This document shows, piece by piece, positions 9,465-18,513 of a stretch of DNA of 64,000 nt. Position 1 is the first letter of the stretch; each line of letters starts with the position of its first letter. The stretch is from Fibrobacterota bacterium (GTDB lineage Bacteria; Fibrobacterota; Fibrobacteria; UBA11236): positions 577,840 through 641,839 of the forward strand of contig CANKII010000001.1 of NCBI GenBank assembly GCA_947482115.1, given 5' to 3'. The position numbers and the translations under genes are program-made. Under the pieces are notes generated by a model that made no database searches, was not told the DNA's origin, and was given only the letters and a program-made list of their open reading frames with translations.

Positions 9465-10052
9465 TTACGACTCCGATTTTCCCCGCTTTTCCCCGGAAAC
9501 TTTCCCTTTTGGGGCTGGCTTCGCAGGAATTTCTTTCAAGGCCTTCAGCATGGCCCAACGGGGATCAACCCGATCCGTCTTCTTCTTTTCTTTGATTACC
9601 GGGGCCGGTCGGCCACATTTCACGCAGTTATTTTGCGCATCCAAGTCCGGAAGAGGGTGCAAATTATAGTTCAAAATGACCTGTTCCGCAATGATATGGT
9701 CGAGCGGAATATCGAAAACATCGGGGCCCAGCTTAACTTGGTAATCCTCAATGCCTTGGTCCTCGTCTTCGAGCCAATCGAGGCCTTTTTCCTTGCGTTT
9801 TCCAATCAAAAGATTGAATTGGGTCTCGAAAGGTTGGTCGAGTTTGTCGAGGCAACGGCCACAATCCAGGCTCAAAATCCCCCGGACTTCACCCCGCGCC
9901 AGATAGATCTCTTCAGCCAAAGGGGTCACATCCACATGCGCATGGACTTTTCCAATGGCTCCGGATTCCAAAAGCTCGGGTAACTCAGAAGCATTGGCTT
10001 CCAAGTCCAGCTCTACAGGTTCTTTACCAAGGGTGTCAAATGCGATATTCAC
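9465..10052 (-). CDS. yceD: YceD/DUF177 family protein (large-subunit accumulation protein), probable GTG start
   Basis: The C-terminal half of the ORF 9465..10358 has the DUF177 CxxC pattern (LDCGRCL...CVKCG) and the conserved position upstream of rpmF-plsX. The first ~100 aa of the ORF are low-complexity and overlap a plus-strand membrane-protein gene, so a GTG start at 10052 (VNIAFDTLGKEP) is proposed. The exact start is uncertain. Confidence 0.5.
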   Translation of the reverse strand: MNIAFDTLGKEPVELDLEANASELPELLESGAIGKVHAHVDVTPLAEEIYLARGEVRGILSLDCGRCLDKLDQPFETQFNLLIGKRKEKGLDWLEDEDQGIEDYQVKLGPDVFDIPLDHIIAEQVILNYNLHPLPDLDAQNNCVKCGRPAPVIKEKKKTDRVDPRWAMLKALKEIPAKPAPKGKVSGEKRGKSES

Positions 10053-10081
10053 GGGATGGGAAAAGGTAGTATTCAAGCCGT

Positions 10082-10555
10082 ATGTTGATGATTGGATTGA
10101 TTCTTGCAAGTATTGCCCTGTTTTTCGCCTCTGCGAAGGCCCATGGGCGTCAGCTTCGGTTGGAACGGGAATTTGAGGGGCATTATTCGGTTCAGTTTGG
10201 CGGAAAGAATCATCCGTGGGTCGATGCCCTCTGGCGCGCGGAACGATGGCGTTTTTGGTGTTTGCTGGCGGCTTGTGAAATTGCCCTGTTGGCTTTGAGT
10301 TTAAAACATCCTTTTTCATGGAAGTTGTTGCTCGTCGCGATGGGCTGGATTCCGGCATTCGCCTTTTCTATCACCGGTGGGTTGAGTCTTTTACGATTGA
10401 CGAAAGCGATTATTGCCCGCTCCCGATCTTCCACTTCCCACATTAACCTTCGCCCCGACTGGGCAGTGACGGCAATCATTACCAGTTCGCTTTGGTGGAT
10501 ACTGGTTTTAATTTTGGTCTTAGCTGCGACTATACTCTCGAAATTTCAGAATTAA
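10082..10555 (+). CDS. Small polytopic membrane protein (about 4 predicted TM helices), function unknown
   Basis: 157 aa, hydrophobic. Its stop TAA overlaps the ATG of the downstream GT2 gene (TAATG), which suggests translational coupling. Confidence 0.45.
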   Translation: MLMIGLILASIALFFASAKAHGRQLRLEREFEGHYSVQFGGKNHPWVDALWRAERWRFWCLLAACEIALLALSLKHPFSWKLLLVAMGWIPAFAFSITGGLSLLRLTKAIIARSRSSTSHINLRPDWAVTAIITSSLWWILVLILVLAATILSKFQN

Positions 10556-11706
10556 TGTTTCACCCCCTCTGTTTGCTTTTCACCTTCGCCAGCTTCATTT
10601 ATCTCCTGCTGGATATTCAATTGATTCGTGGCTTGCGTAAACTGAAGAAATCATCTGCAAACAAACCAAATCAATCCCCATCCATCACTGTTCTGATAGC
10701 CGCCCGCAACGAGGAAAAGAATCTCCCCCGTGTATTAAACGTCCTGTTGGCCCAGGACTATCCCGGAGATAAAACGCAAATCGTAGTGATCAATGATCGA
10801 TCTGAAGACGGCACGGAATCGGTGCTTCGCCGATACACCAATGAGAATCCCGGCAAGGTGGAATTTCTCAACATTCAAACTATTCCACCCAATATGAGTC
10901 CCAAGAAACATGCGCTGTTCAAAGGGCTCGAAATTGCAAAAGGCGAATGGATTGCGGTCACCGATGCCGATTGCATCATGGGCCCACAATGGCTTTCTTC
11001 AATGAGCAACGAGTTCTCCGAAGACACAGGAATGGTGTTGGGGTTTACAGGCTACGAAGAATCCCAGAAAGGTTTCAGCATGGGGCAAGGCGCGCAGGCA
11101 TTGGAGTTCGTGTCCTACGGCGTCGTCTCATCCGCCTTGATTGGTTTGGGATTTCCTGTCATTGCCAATGCCAACAACCTCGCCTATCGCCGCAAAGCCT
11201 TCAACGATGCTTCCGCATTGCGCCAGCACGGACACATAGTCAGCGGTGATGACGACTTTGTACTTCAGGAAATTCATGCCACGGGGAAATGGGCAATTCG
11301 CTATTCCTTAAATCCGCAAACTTTGATGCGCACCGCGCTTCCGGATTCCTGGGAACATTTCTGGGAACAGCGAAAACGTTGGGCCAGCAAATGCATGATG
11401 TACCGTCCACGGCAAATCGCATTTCTCGCTATGATTTTTGCGTTTTACGCCGCAGTTCCAATACTGCTGATCGCGGGTTTTTGGAATACGCAATGGGCTT
11501 GGCTCGGTTTGGGAGTTTTCCTTGCAAAAACCGTGGGAGATTTTGCGGTGACGAAACAGGGACTCAAAATTTTTGGACTCGGGAAATTGCTTCGGTTCTT
11601 CCCCCACACCGCTTTACTTCACATCCCGCTCATCGTCTGCGCCGTATTAGCCGGAACTTTTGGGGGATTTACATGGAAGGGACAAAAACTCTCCCGTCGA
11701 GCCTAG
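10555..11706 (+). CDS. Family-2 glycosyltransferase, membrane-integrated processive type (DxD and QxxRW motifs)
   Basis: N-terminal TM helix, then ITVLIAARNEEKNLPRVLN...QIVVINDRSEDGT (GT-A fold), DAD (VTDADCIM), Q-R-K-R-W (EQRKRWASK) and C-terminal TM helices. The start is taken at the internal ATG at 10555 rather than the track start at 10492. Confidence 0.75.
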   Translation: MFHPLCLLFTFASFIYLLLDIQLIRGLRKLKKSSANKPNQSPSITVLIAARNEEKNLPRVLNVLLAQDYPGDKTQIVVINDRSEDGTESVLRRYTNENPGKVEFLNIQTIPPNMSPKKHALFKGLEIAKGEWIAVTDADCIMGPQWLSSMSNEFSEDTGMVLGFTGYEESQKGFSMGQGAQALEFVSYGVVSSALIGLGFPVIANANNLAYRRKAFNDASALRQHGHIVSGDDDFVLQEIHATGKWAIRYSLNPQTLMRTALPDSWEHFWEQRKRWASKCMMYRPRQIAFLAMIFAFYAAVPILLIAGFWNTQWAWLGLGVFLAKTVGDFAVTKQGLKIFGLGKLLRFFPHTALLHIPLIVCAVLAGTFGGFTWKGQKLSRRA

Positions 11707-13562
11707 TAGTCGTCAACACCGGGCTCCAGCACTTCCTTGCGCTTCTTCCCGGTTTCCTCTTCGGTGGTATCTTCAACTGCAGCATCCGTTGAAGTGGATC
11801 CGCCTTCTGAAACAACCTTGCTGGAATCCCCGTTTGCCTTGGTGAATAACGAATCCATATCCGCTTTGGTGAAATTTGCGTAGACCATCTTGTCTCCGGC
11901 AATGCGGCCGTAAACCGTATTATGGTATTTCTTGTTCAAGGTGTAATAAGCAACTTTGGCCGAATCCAGACTGCCGTGTACCGGCGGCAGTTCATGCGCC
12001 TGACCCTCACGCAAAAAGGCCATGACGAAAAGCGCCTTTGGCGCAAATTGCGTCCGGGGATATTGCCCGTAAACCATCCGATAGGCGGGAACAACCTTTT
12101 TGGAAACATCCTCCCCGCCGAAACGCAGTTTTTCCGCTTCGAGAAAAAGGGTGTGCGCCCTGTCTTCGTCGGTTTGCACCGTCGGTTTTAAACCCAGATT
12201 TTTCTCCGCCTGTTTGGCCCATTCGGTATTGGGGAATTTTTCCAGCACATAGCGATAAAGCGAATCCCCCACGGGCTTGTTCTTCTTGAATTCCTCCTGA
12301 ATATAGGCCCGGGCATAGGCGGCGCGGATGGTATGGGTACTGTCGAGTGTGTTGCTGGCGACAATCTGGTTCAATCGTGCCAGCGCACTATCGACCTGCG
12401 AGAGATTGAAGAGGAACAATTCCGCAATCATGAAACTCGAGTAATGGGGTTGAACAGAATCCGGCTTGGCCTTCCGGAGTTCGGCAATGCGCGACAACGC
12501 ACGGGATTTCTCCGCGGCCAGAGCGCCGAACTCAAAACTTTGACCCACGGCTGCGGAGGAATCGAAGTAAACCTTGGCGGAGTCCTCCTGACGGAGCACT
12601 TCGAAATAATGATCCCCCAAGCGATAAAAGGCCTCGGCCGCAGGCGCCCCCCGGGGCTTCATGCGTGGAACCTGCCGGTAAAGATTTTCCGCTGCCTTCC
12701 AATCCCCCAAACCTTCCCTTCCCCGCCCCATCAACACCTTGATGTCCGGACGATAAGGCCCATACCCTTTCTGCTTGTATAGATGCTTCGCTTCATCAAT
12801 CCCGTCGGCAAACTGTTTCTCCCGGTATTTGCAAAGCAGCGCCAGCCGTTCATTGCGATACTTGAATTTGTCGGCGTAGATGTTGTGTTCCGGGGCCAGT
12901 GCATGTCCCCGAGCCCGCTCCCATTGGCCCAGATTAAACGAGAGCTTTGCAGCTTCCCAATGCACATCCGCCCGGACATCGTCGCTCAGGCCTTTCTGCT
13001 CCAAAAACTTTTCAAAATAAGTCAAACCCGCAGAAGCGGAATCCCCTTCCATTTCCATATGCGCCGCAAGCAACAGGGCTTCACGCAAAATTTCACCCGA
13101 GGGGTTTTTCTTCAGGACGATTTGCACCGCATCCCGTGCCTTGAGCATTTTTCCATCGAGATAAAAAGCCTTGGCGCGATGAATCTCCGCCAAAGGATTT
13201 TGCGGAGCCGTCGGATAATAACGCGCCAATTCCTCGTACTTCTCCACGGCCATTCCATAATCTTCCATCAGCAAATAACTCTCCCCCATCAGGAAAAGAG
13301 CCTTGGGCCCATAATCGGTGCGCTCCGGATAAAGCTCCAGCAACTTGGAACATTTGGCTATCGCGCGTTCAAACTTCAGCTTTTCTTCCGGCGTCACAAC
13401 CACCGAATCTTCCGGATCCTTGGCGAGGCGTTTTTCACGCATGCGAATGGCTTGATCGTAAGCTTTCTGCGCGTTGAAAAATGTGTTGAAATAAACACAG
13501 CCACCGAGCAGCAGTGACAACAGCATCAGACCGGGGAACAGGATTTTAAATCGGCGCGACAT
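11703..13562 (-). CDS. Tetratricopeptide-repeat lipoprotein (YbgF/BamD-like TPR protein)
   Basis: 619 aa. Signal peptide plus lipobox-like LLGGCVY; many TPR-like helical repeats; an acidic low-complexity C-terminal tail. Confidence 0.6.
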   Translation of the reverse strand: MSRRFKILFPGLMLLSLLLGGCVYFNTFFNAQKAYDQAIRMREKRLAKDPEDSVVVTPEEKLKFERAIAKCSKLLELYPERTDYGPKALFLMGESYLLMEDYGMAVEKYEELARYYPTAPQNPLAEIHRAKAFYLDGKMLKARDAVQIVLKKNPSGEILREALLLAAHMEMEGDSASAGLTYFEKFLEQKGLSDDVRADVHWEAAKLSFNLGQWERARGHALAPEHNIYADKFKYRNERLALLCKYREKQFADGIDEAKHLYKQKGYGPYRPDIKVLMGRGREGLGDWKAAENLYRQVPRMKPRGAPAAEAFYRLGDHYFEVLRQEDSAKVYFDSSAAVGQSFEFGALAAEKSRALSRIAELRKAKPDSVQPHYSSFMIAELFLFNLSQVDSALARLNQIVASNTLDSTHTIRAAYARAYIQEEFKKNKPVGDSLYRYVLEKFPNTEWAKQAEKNLGLKPTVQTDEDRAHTLFLEAEKLRFGGEDVSKKVVPAYRMVYGQYPRTQFAPKALFVMAFLREGQAHELPPVHGSLDSAKVAYYTLNKKYHNTVYGRIAGDKMVYANFTKADMDSLFTKANGDSSKVVSEGGSTSTDAAVEDTTEEETGKKRKEVLEPGVDDY

Positions 13563-13565
13563 TGG

Positions 13566-13613
13566 GAATAGTGTACGAAATTAGACCCGGCCTGTAAGGG
13601 CGACCCGGCGGGT
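13566..13613. repeat. REP-like GC-rich palindrome (ccggcctgtaagggcgaccc-ggc-gggtcgcccttacaggccgg), copy 1
   Basis: Read directly: ~20-bp perfect arms with a 3-nt centre. It lies between the carB stop and the start of the TPR gene. It shares the core GGGCGACCCGGCGGGTCGCCC with the palindrome at 20497. Confidence 0.7.
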
Positions 13614-13618
13614 CGCCC

Positions 13619-16600
13619 TTACAGGCCGGCGTGAAATTCCTGCAAGGAGCGGACTTCGAGTTCCCCGCGTTTCAGGGCGCGAATGGCTTCCAATGCCGCA
13701 CGTGCCGCAGACATGGTTGTCGTATAAGGAATCTGGGCAATGAGCGCAGCTTTACGAATCAAACCATCGTCTTCAATCGCAGCTTGTCCCAAAGGCGTGT
13801 TGATCAGCAAAGCGCATTCCTTGCTCTGAATCAAATCCACGATATGCGGAGAACCTTCGGAAACCTTGTTCAAGGCGCGACAGGAAATGTCGTGTTCACG
13901 CAACACCTTCGCCGTGCCTGAAGTCGCAAGCAATTCAAAGCCGAGTTCCTGTAAACCCTGCGCAATCGGGACAATATTTTTCTTATCGTGATTATTCACG
14001 GAGAGAAATACCTTCCCGTGACTGGGAAGGCTGTTCCCCGCTGCGATTTGCGCCTTGGCAAAGGCTCGTGAAAAATTCGAATCGATGCCCATCACCTCGC
14101 CGGTGGATTTCATCTCGGGGCTTAGCAAGGTATCGACACCGTGGAATTTTGCAAACGGGAATACGCTTTCCTTCACCGTGACATAATTGCCGATGCGGGC
14201 CTCGGTGAATCCCAATTCCTGCAAAGTTTTCCCGAGCATGGCCTTGGTCGCCAACTTGGTCAAAGGAACACCGAGTGTTTTGCTGACGAAAGGAACCGTG
14301 CGGCTGCCGCGTGGATTCACTTCCAGCACATAAACCACATCGTCCTTAATGGCATACTGGACATTCATCAATCCAATCACCTTAAGCTCTTTGGCCATGG
14401 CGATGGTTTGGCGGCGCATTTCTTCCAGTACCGATTCGGTAATGTCCTGCGGCGGCATGATGCAGGCGGAATCTCCGGAGTGAATACCGGCTTCTTCAAT
14501 GTGCTGCATGATTCCCGCCACCACTACGGTTTTCCCGTCGGAGATGGCGTCCACATCCACTTCCATCGCTTGATCGAGGAACTTGTCCACAAGCACAGGC
14601 CGCTCAGAAGAAGCCTCGACTGCAGTGGCCATGTAATGACGCAACTCGTCTTCAGAATACACGATAGCCATCGCACGTCCGCCAAGCACAAAAGAAGGAC
14701 GCAGTAAGACGGGATAGGTCAACCGGGCTGCAACGGCAACCGCTTCTTCGGTGTTCACAGCCAAACCATTGGGCGGTTGCTTGAGACCCAAACGATTGAC
14801 CAGTTCGGAGAACAACTTGCGATCTTCCGCGATGTCGATGGAAGAAGGCGAGGTTCCCAAAATGGGCGCATGAGCGGCCTCCAAAGCTTTCGCCAACTTC
14901 AACGGCGTTTGTCCGCCGAATTGCAGAATGACACCGTAGGGTTTTTCCAACTCGATGATGTTGAGAATATCTTCACGAGTCAACGGTTCGAAATAAAGTT
15001 TGTCCGAGGTATCGTAATCCGTACTTACCGTTTCGGGATTGGAGTTCACCATGATGGATTCGCAATCCTCTTCCTGTAATGCAAAGGACGCCTGACAACA
15101 GGCATAGTCGAACTCGATACCCTGACCGATGCGGTTCGGGCCACCACCAACGATGATCACCTTCTTGCGATTCGTAGGAACCGATTCATTTTCTTCATCG
15201 TACGTCGAATAATGATAAGGCGTGAACGCCTTGAACTCGGCGGCGCAGGTGTCGACCGTCTTGTACACCGGCATGATATTCAGCGCCTTGCGCTGTTGAC
15301 GCACATCCTCTTCCTTGGAACCGGATAAGTACGCCAGTTGCACGTCGGAATAGCCCCATTGCTTCGCTTTCCGCAAAGTTTCTTTGGGTAAAGATTTGAG
15401 CGACTTGCCCTTCAAGTCCGACGCTTCGAAACGAACCAGATCGAGAATGTGATTCAGGAACCACGGATCCATGCGGCACATGCCCTGAACCTTTTCCAGA
15501 CTCCAGCCCAATTCAAAGGCGCGCTTCACGGAGAAAACACGGTTGATGCCGGGATGTTTGAAGTCGAGATTCTTTTCGATTTGATCGTCGGGAATTTCTT
15601 TTTTCCCGTCGGCGCCCAAACCGTAGCGGTCGATTTCCAGCGAGCGCATGGCTTTCTGCAGGGACTCTTTGAAAGTGCGACCGATGGCCATGGCCTCGCC
15701 CACCGACTTCATCTGCGTGCCCAGAACCGATTCCGCCTGCGCAAACTTCTCGAAGGTAAAACGCGGAACCTTGGTCACGACATAATCGATGGTCGGTTCA
15801 AAACAGGCAGGCGTGACGCGGGTGATGTCGTTCTTCAATTCATCCAGCGTATAGCCAACCGCAAGTTTGGCGGCGATTTTGGCAATGGGAAAACCAGTAG
15901 CCTTGGACGCCAATGCCGAACTGCGCGACACACGCGGATTCATCTCAATGATGATCAAGCGGCCGTCTTTGGGATTCACGGCGAATTGCACGTTGGAACC
16001 GCCGGTCTCCACTCCGATTTCACGGATGCAGGCGATGGAGGCATCGCGCATGCGCTGGTATTCCTTGTCCGTCAGCGTTTGCGCCGGAGCCACGGTGATG
16101 GAATCACCGGTGTGAATGCCCATGGCGTCCACGTTTTCAATGGAACAGATGATGACGACATTGTCCTTGCGGTCGCGCATCACTTCCATCTCGAATTCTT
16201 TCCATCCCACCATCGATTCCTCGACGAGGATTTCGGAAATCGGACTCAATGACAAACCACTGCGCGCAATGCGTTCAAATTCTTCTTCGGAGTATGCAAA
16301 GCCTCCGCCTGCTCCACCCATGGTGAAAGCCGGACGGATGACCAACGGCAAACCGATTTCCTTCATGGCGATGCGCGCTTCGTCCATGGTTCGGGCGACA
16401 AAAGACCGCGCTGAATCAATGCCAATTTTCGTCATCGCATCTTTGAACAACTTGCGCGACTCGGCTTTTTTGATGGCTTCCAGATTCGCGCCGATCATTT
16501 CGACGCCGTACTTTTCCAGAATGCCGCGTTCGGCCAGTTCGACGGCCGTGTTCAATCCCGTTTGTCCGCCCAAAGTGGGCAACAAGGCATCGGGTCTTTC

Positions 16601-16840
16601 CTTGGCAATAATCTTCTCGCACATTTCCCACGTAATCGGCTCGATATAGGTCGCATCGGCCATCTGGGGATCGGTCATGATGGTGGCAGGATTCGAGTTG
16701 ATCAGAATGACCTTGTAGCCCTCTTCGCGCAGGGCCTTGCAGGCCTGAGTACCGGAATAATCGAACTCGCAGGCCTGCCCAATGACAATGGGCCCGCTTC
16801 CGATGAGCATGATTTTATGAAGGTCCTGGCGCTTGGGCAT
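13619..16840 (-). CDS. carB: Carbamoyl-phosphate synthase large subunit
   Basis: Two ATP-grasp halves, [21 protein letters not shown] near the N-terminus, and an MGS-like C-terminus. The start is placed at [14 protein letters not shown] (16840), not the track start at 16924. Confidence 0.9.
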   Translation of the reverse strand: MPKRQDLHKIMLIGSGPIVIGQACEFDYSGTQACKALREEGYKVILINSNPATIMTDPQMADATYIEPITWEMCEKIIAKERPDALLPTLGGQTGLNTAVELAERGILEKYGVEMIGANLEAIKKAESRKLFKDAMTKIGIDSARSFVARTMDEARIAMKEIGLPLVIRPAFTMGGAGGGFAYSEEEFERIARSGLSLSPISEILVEESMVGWKEFEMEVMRDRKDNVVIICSIENVDAMGIHTGDSITVAPAQTLTDKEYQRMRDASIACIREIGVETGGSNVQFAVNPKDGRLIIIEMNPRVSRSSALASKATGFPIAKIAAKLAVGYTLDELKNDITRVTPACFEPTIDYVVTKVPRFTFEKFAQAESVLGTQMKSVGEAMAIGRTFKESLQKAMRSLEIDRYGLGADGKKEIPDDQIEKNLDFKHPGINRVFSVKRAFELGWSLEKVQGMCRMDPWFLNHILDLVRFEASDLKGKSLKSLPKETLRKAKQWGYSDVQLAYLSGSKEEDVRQQRKALNIMPVYKTVDTCAAEFKAFTPYHYSTYDEENESVPTNRKKVIIVGGGPNRIGQGIEFDYACCQASFALQEEDCESIMVNSNPETVSTDYDTSDKLYFEPLTREDILNIIELEKPYGVILQFGGQTPLKLAKALEAAHAPILGTSPSSIDIAEDRKLFSELVNRLGLKQPPNGLAVNTEEAVAVAARLTYPVLLRPSFVLGGRAMAIVYSEDELRHYMATAVEASSERPVLVDKFLDQAMEVDVDAISDGKTVVVAGIMQHIEEAGIHSGDSACIMPPQDITESVLEEMRRQTIAMAKELKVIGLMNVQYAIKDDVVYVLEVNPRGSRTVPFVSKTLGVPLTKLATKAMLGKTLQELGFTEARIGNYVTVKESVFPFAKFHGVDTLLSPEMKSTGEVMGIDSNFSRAFAKAQIAAGNSLPSHGKVFLSVNNHDKKNIVPIAQGLQELGFELLATSGTAKVLREHDISCRALNKVSEGSPHIVDLIQSKECALLINTPLGQAAIEDDGLIRKAALIAQIPYTTTMSAARAALEAIRALKRGELEVRSLQEFHAGL

Positions 16841-16999
16841 GGATACGGGTCCGTTTGTGAAAAGATGGGAAAAAACCTGTGAAAAGGTAACAACGGCTGC
16901 ACGGTCTACGAATGCCCTGATCAATCCCTTTTGTCTCGGGAAATGCCGAGCGCATGCCTATTTTGAAGGTTGTATATCCAGCCAGAAAGACCTTAAAAG

Positions 17000-17479
17000 A
17001 TGACCGCACAAGAGTGGATTGGCCGCCTAAACCTTGTCCCCCATCCCGAAGGCGGGTTCTACAAGGAAGTTTACCGTTCAAGCTTTCCCGTGGTTCCACC
17101 CAGCGGCAAGGTTACGGGGGCTTGCACTTCCATTTATTACCTGCTTCAGGACAAAGACTTCTCAGGCTTTCATCGGCTTGCCTATCCTGAAATCTGGTAC
17201 TTCCAGGATGGTAACGCTTTGGACGTACATGCCATCGATCCTTCGGGAAAATATTCGGTGACAAGACTGGGTAAAGGCGTTGGAGAACATTTGTCACTGG
17301 TGGTGGAACCGGGTGTCTGGTTCGCGGCAGAACCTCCTGAAAAGAACGGGTTTGCCCTCGTTAGCTGCGCGGTTGCTCCGGCTTTTGACTTCGAATTATT
17401 TGAGATGGGCAAAAAAGAGGAACTGACGAAAAAGTGGCCTCATCATAAGGATATTCTCGAGAAGCTGTGCCGAATCTGA
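17000..17479 (+). CDS. Cupin-fold protein (DUF985-like)
   Basis: 159 aa. LVPHPEGGFYKEVYRS...YYLL resembles the conserved N-terminus of the DUF985 cupin family. Confidence 0.55.
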   Translation: MTAQEWIGRLNLVPHPEGGFYKEVYRSSFPVVPPSGKVTGACTSIYYLLQDKDFSGFHRLAYPEIWYFQDGNALDVHAIDPSGKYSVTRLGKGVGEHLSLVVEPGVWFAAEPPEKNGFALVSCAVAPAFDFELFEMGKKEELTKKWPHHKDILEKLCRI

Positions 17480-17490
17480 AATAGGATCGT

Positions 17491-18513
17491 TTATGGGGAA
17501 GTAAAAATGACCCCGTCATAACCCACCGCGACAAGTTTTCCGGTCCCTGAGCCTGTCGAAGGGCTTGTCCCCGCGACGGAATACAAGACGGATTTGGCAG
17601 CCAACGAATCGTTTGTCCAATGGACGCCATCATCTGAAACCAAAACCGTTCCTTCATAACCCACCGCAATAAATCGTCTGTTGTTCCACGTAATCGAGTT
17701 CAAGACGCCAAACGATCCCCGGGAAGCCCAGGTTACACCGTCCGGAGAAGCCAAAATATCTCCGTTGTTGCTTACAGCAACCAGTTGACTTCCACTCCAT
17801 GCGAGGGAGGAAAGGGCATTCGTGATGCCGGAACTTTGTTCCATCCACGTCACGCCATCTTGTGAAGTGAGAACCGTACCGTAGTAGCCCACTGCAATCA
17901 TCCGCGTTCCACTCCATGCCACGGAATACAAGTCTTCACCCCCTAAAACACCGTCACTTCCACCGTGAACCGGATCCTGCCGTCCCAATACCGGAAGCCG
18001 TTCGGTCCATGTAATTGCATCGGGAGATGTTAGTATGATCCCATCCCAGCCCACTGCCACAAAGAGTCCGGTCCCTGAGCCTGTCGAAGGGCCGGTCCAA
18101 ATAACCGAGTTTAAAATTGCCGATACTCCAGAATTCCGCTCTGTCCACACCACGCCATTCGGCGATGTTAAAACAATGCCGCCAGACCCCACAGCCACTA
18201 ACTGTCCGGGCCCTGAGCCTGTCGAAGGGCCTGTCCAAATCACAGAGTTCAAGGGATTTTCAGTTCCCGAAATTTGCTTTGTCCAGGTTGCTCCATCGGA
18301 CGACGTCAGAATAATTCCACTCGAACCGACGGCCACCCATTGATGATCCGCCCAAGTCACCGAATTCAATGCCTCGGTTGTTCCCGAGACCTGTTGTGTC
18401 CAAGACTTTCCCAAATTCACATTTTCATCATTGCCGGTCGAAGTCCTCATGCAATTCCAGAGAAACATCGGAATGATCAAAAAGGCTCCAATAAAAAGAT
18501 TCTTATTGCGCAT
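17491..18513 (-). CDS. Secreted BNR/Asp-box repeat protein (Ycf48-like beta-propeller)
   Basis: Signal peptide. Six or more S-x-D-G-x-T-W BNR motifs (TSSDGATWT, TSPNGVVWT, TSQDGVTWM, ASPDGVTWA, VSDDGVHWT). Three copies of PSTGSG(T/P)G are encoded by the hairpin-element core. Confidence 0.65.
   Translation of the reverse strand: MRNKNLFIGAFLIIPMFLWNCMRTSTGNDENVNLGKSWTQQVSGTTEALNSVTWADHQWVAVGSSGIILTSSDGATWTKQISGTENPLNSVIWTGPSTGSGPGQLVAVGSGGIVLTSPNGVVWTERNSGVSAILNSVIWTGPSTGSGTGLFVAVGWDGIILTSPDAITWTERLPVLGRQDPVHGGSDGVLGGEDLYSVAWSGTRMIAVGYYGTVLTSQDGVTWMEQSSGITNALSSLAWSGSQLVAVSNNGDILASPDGVTWASRGSFGVLNSITWNNRRFIAVGYEGTVLVSDDGVHWTNDSLAAKSVLYSVAGTSPSTGSGTGKLVAVGYDGVIFTSP
17542..17563. repeat. Hairpin element, type-1 core copy B (GGTCCCTGAGCCTGTCGAAGGG), flanked by gacaag/cttgtc
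   Basis: Read directly; inside the BNR gene, where it encodes PSTGSGT. Confidence 0.7.
18070..18091. repeat. Hairpin element, type-1 core copy C
   Basis: Read directly; inside the BNR gene (PSTGSGTG). Confidence 0.7.
18208..18229. repeat. Hairpin element, type-1 core copy D (GGGCCCTGAGCCTGTCGAAGGG)
   Basis: Read directly; inside the BNR gene, 141 bp from copy C (one protein-repeat period). Confidence 0.7.

Noticed and set aside
9292-9558. 88-aa minus-strand track ORF
   Set aside because: It is out of frame relative to the clear L32 (rpmF) reading frame at 9264..9443 and has low-complexity content.
12783-16252. Plus-strand ORFs (12783..13517, 14141..14707, 15449..16252, 16116..16649)
   Set aside because: They are antisense to the TPR gene and carB.
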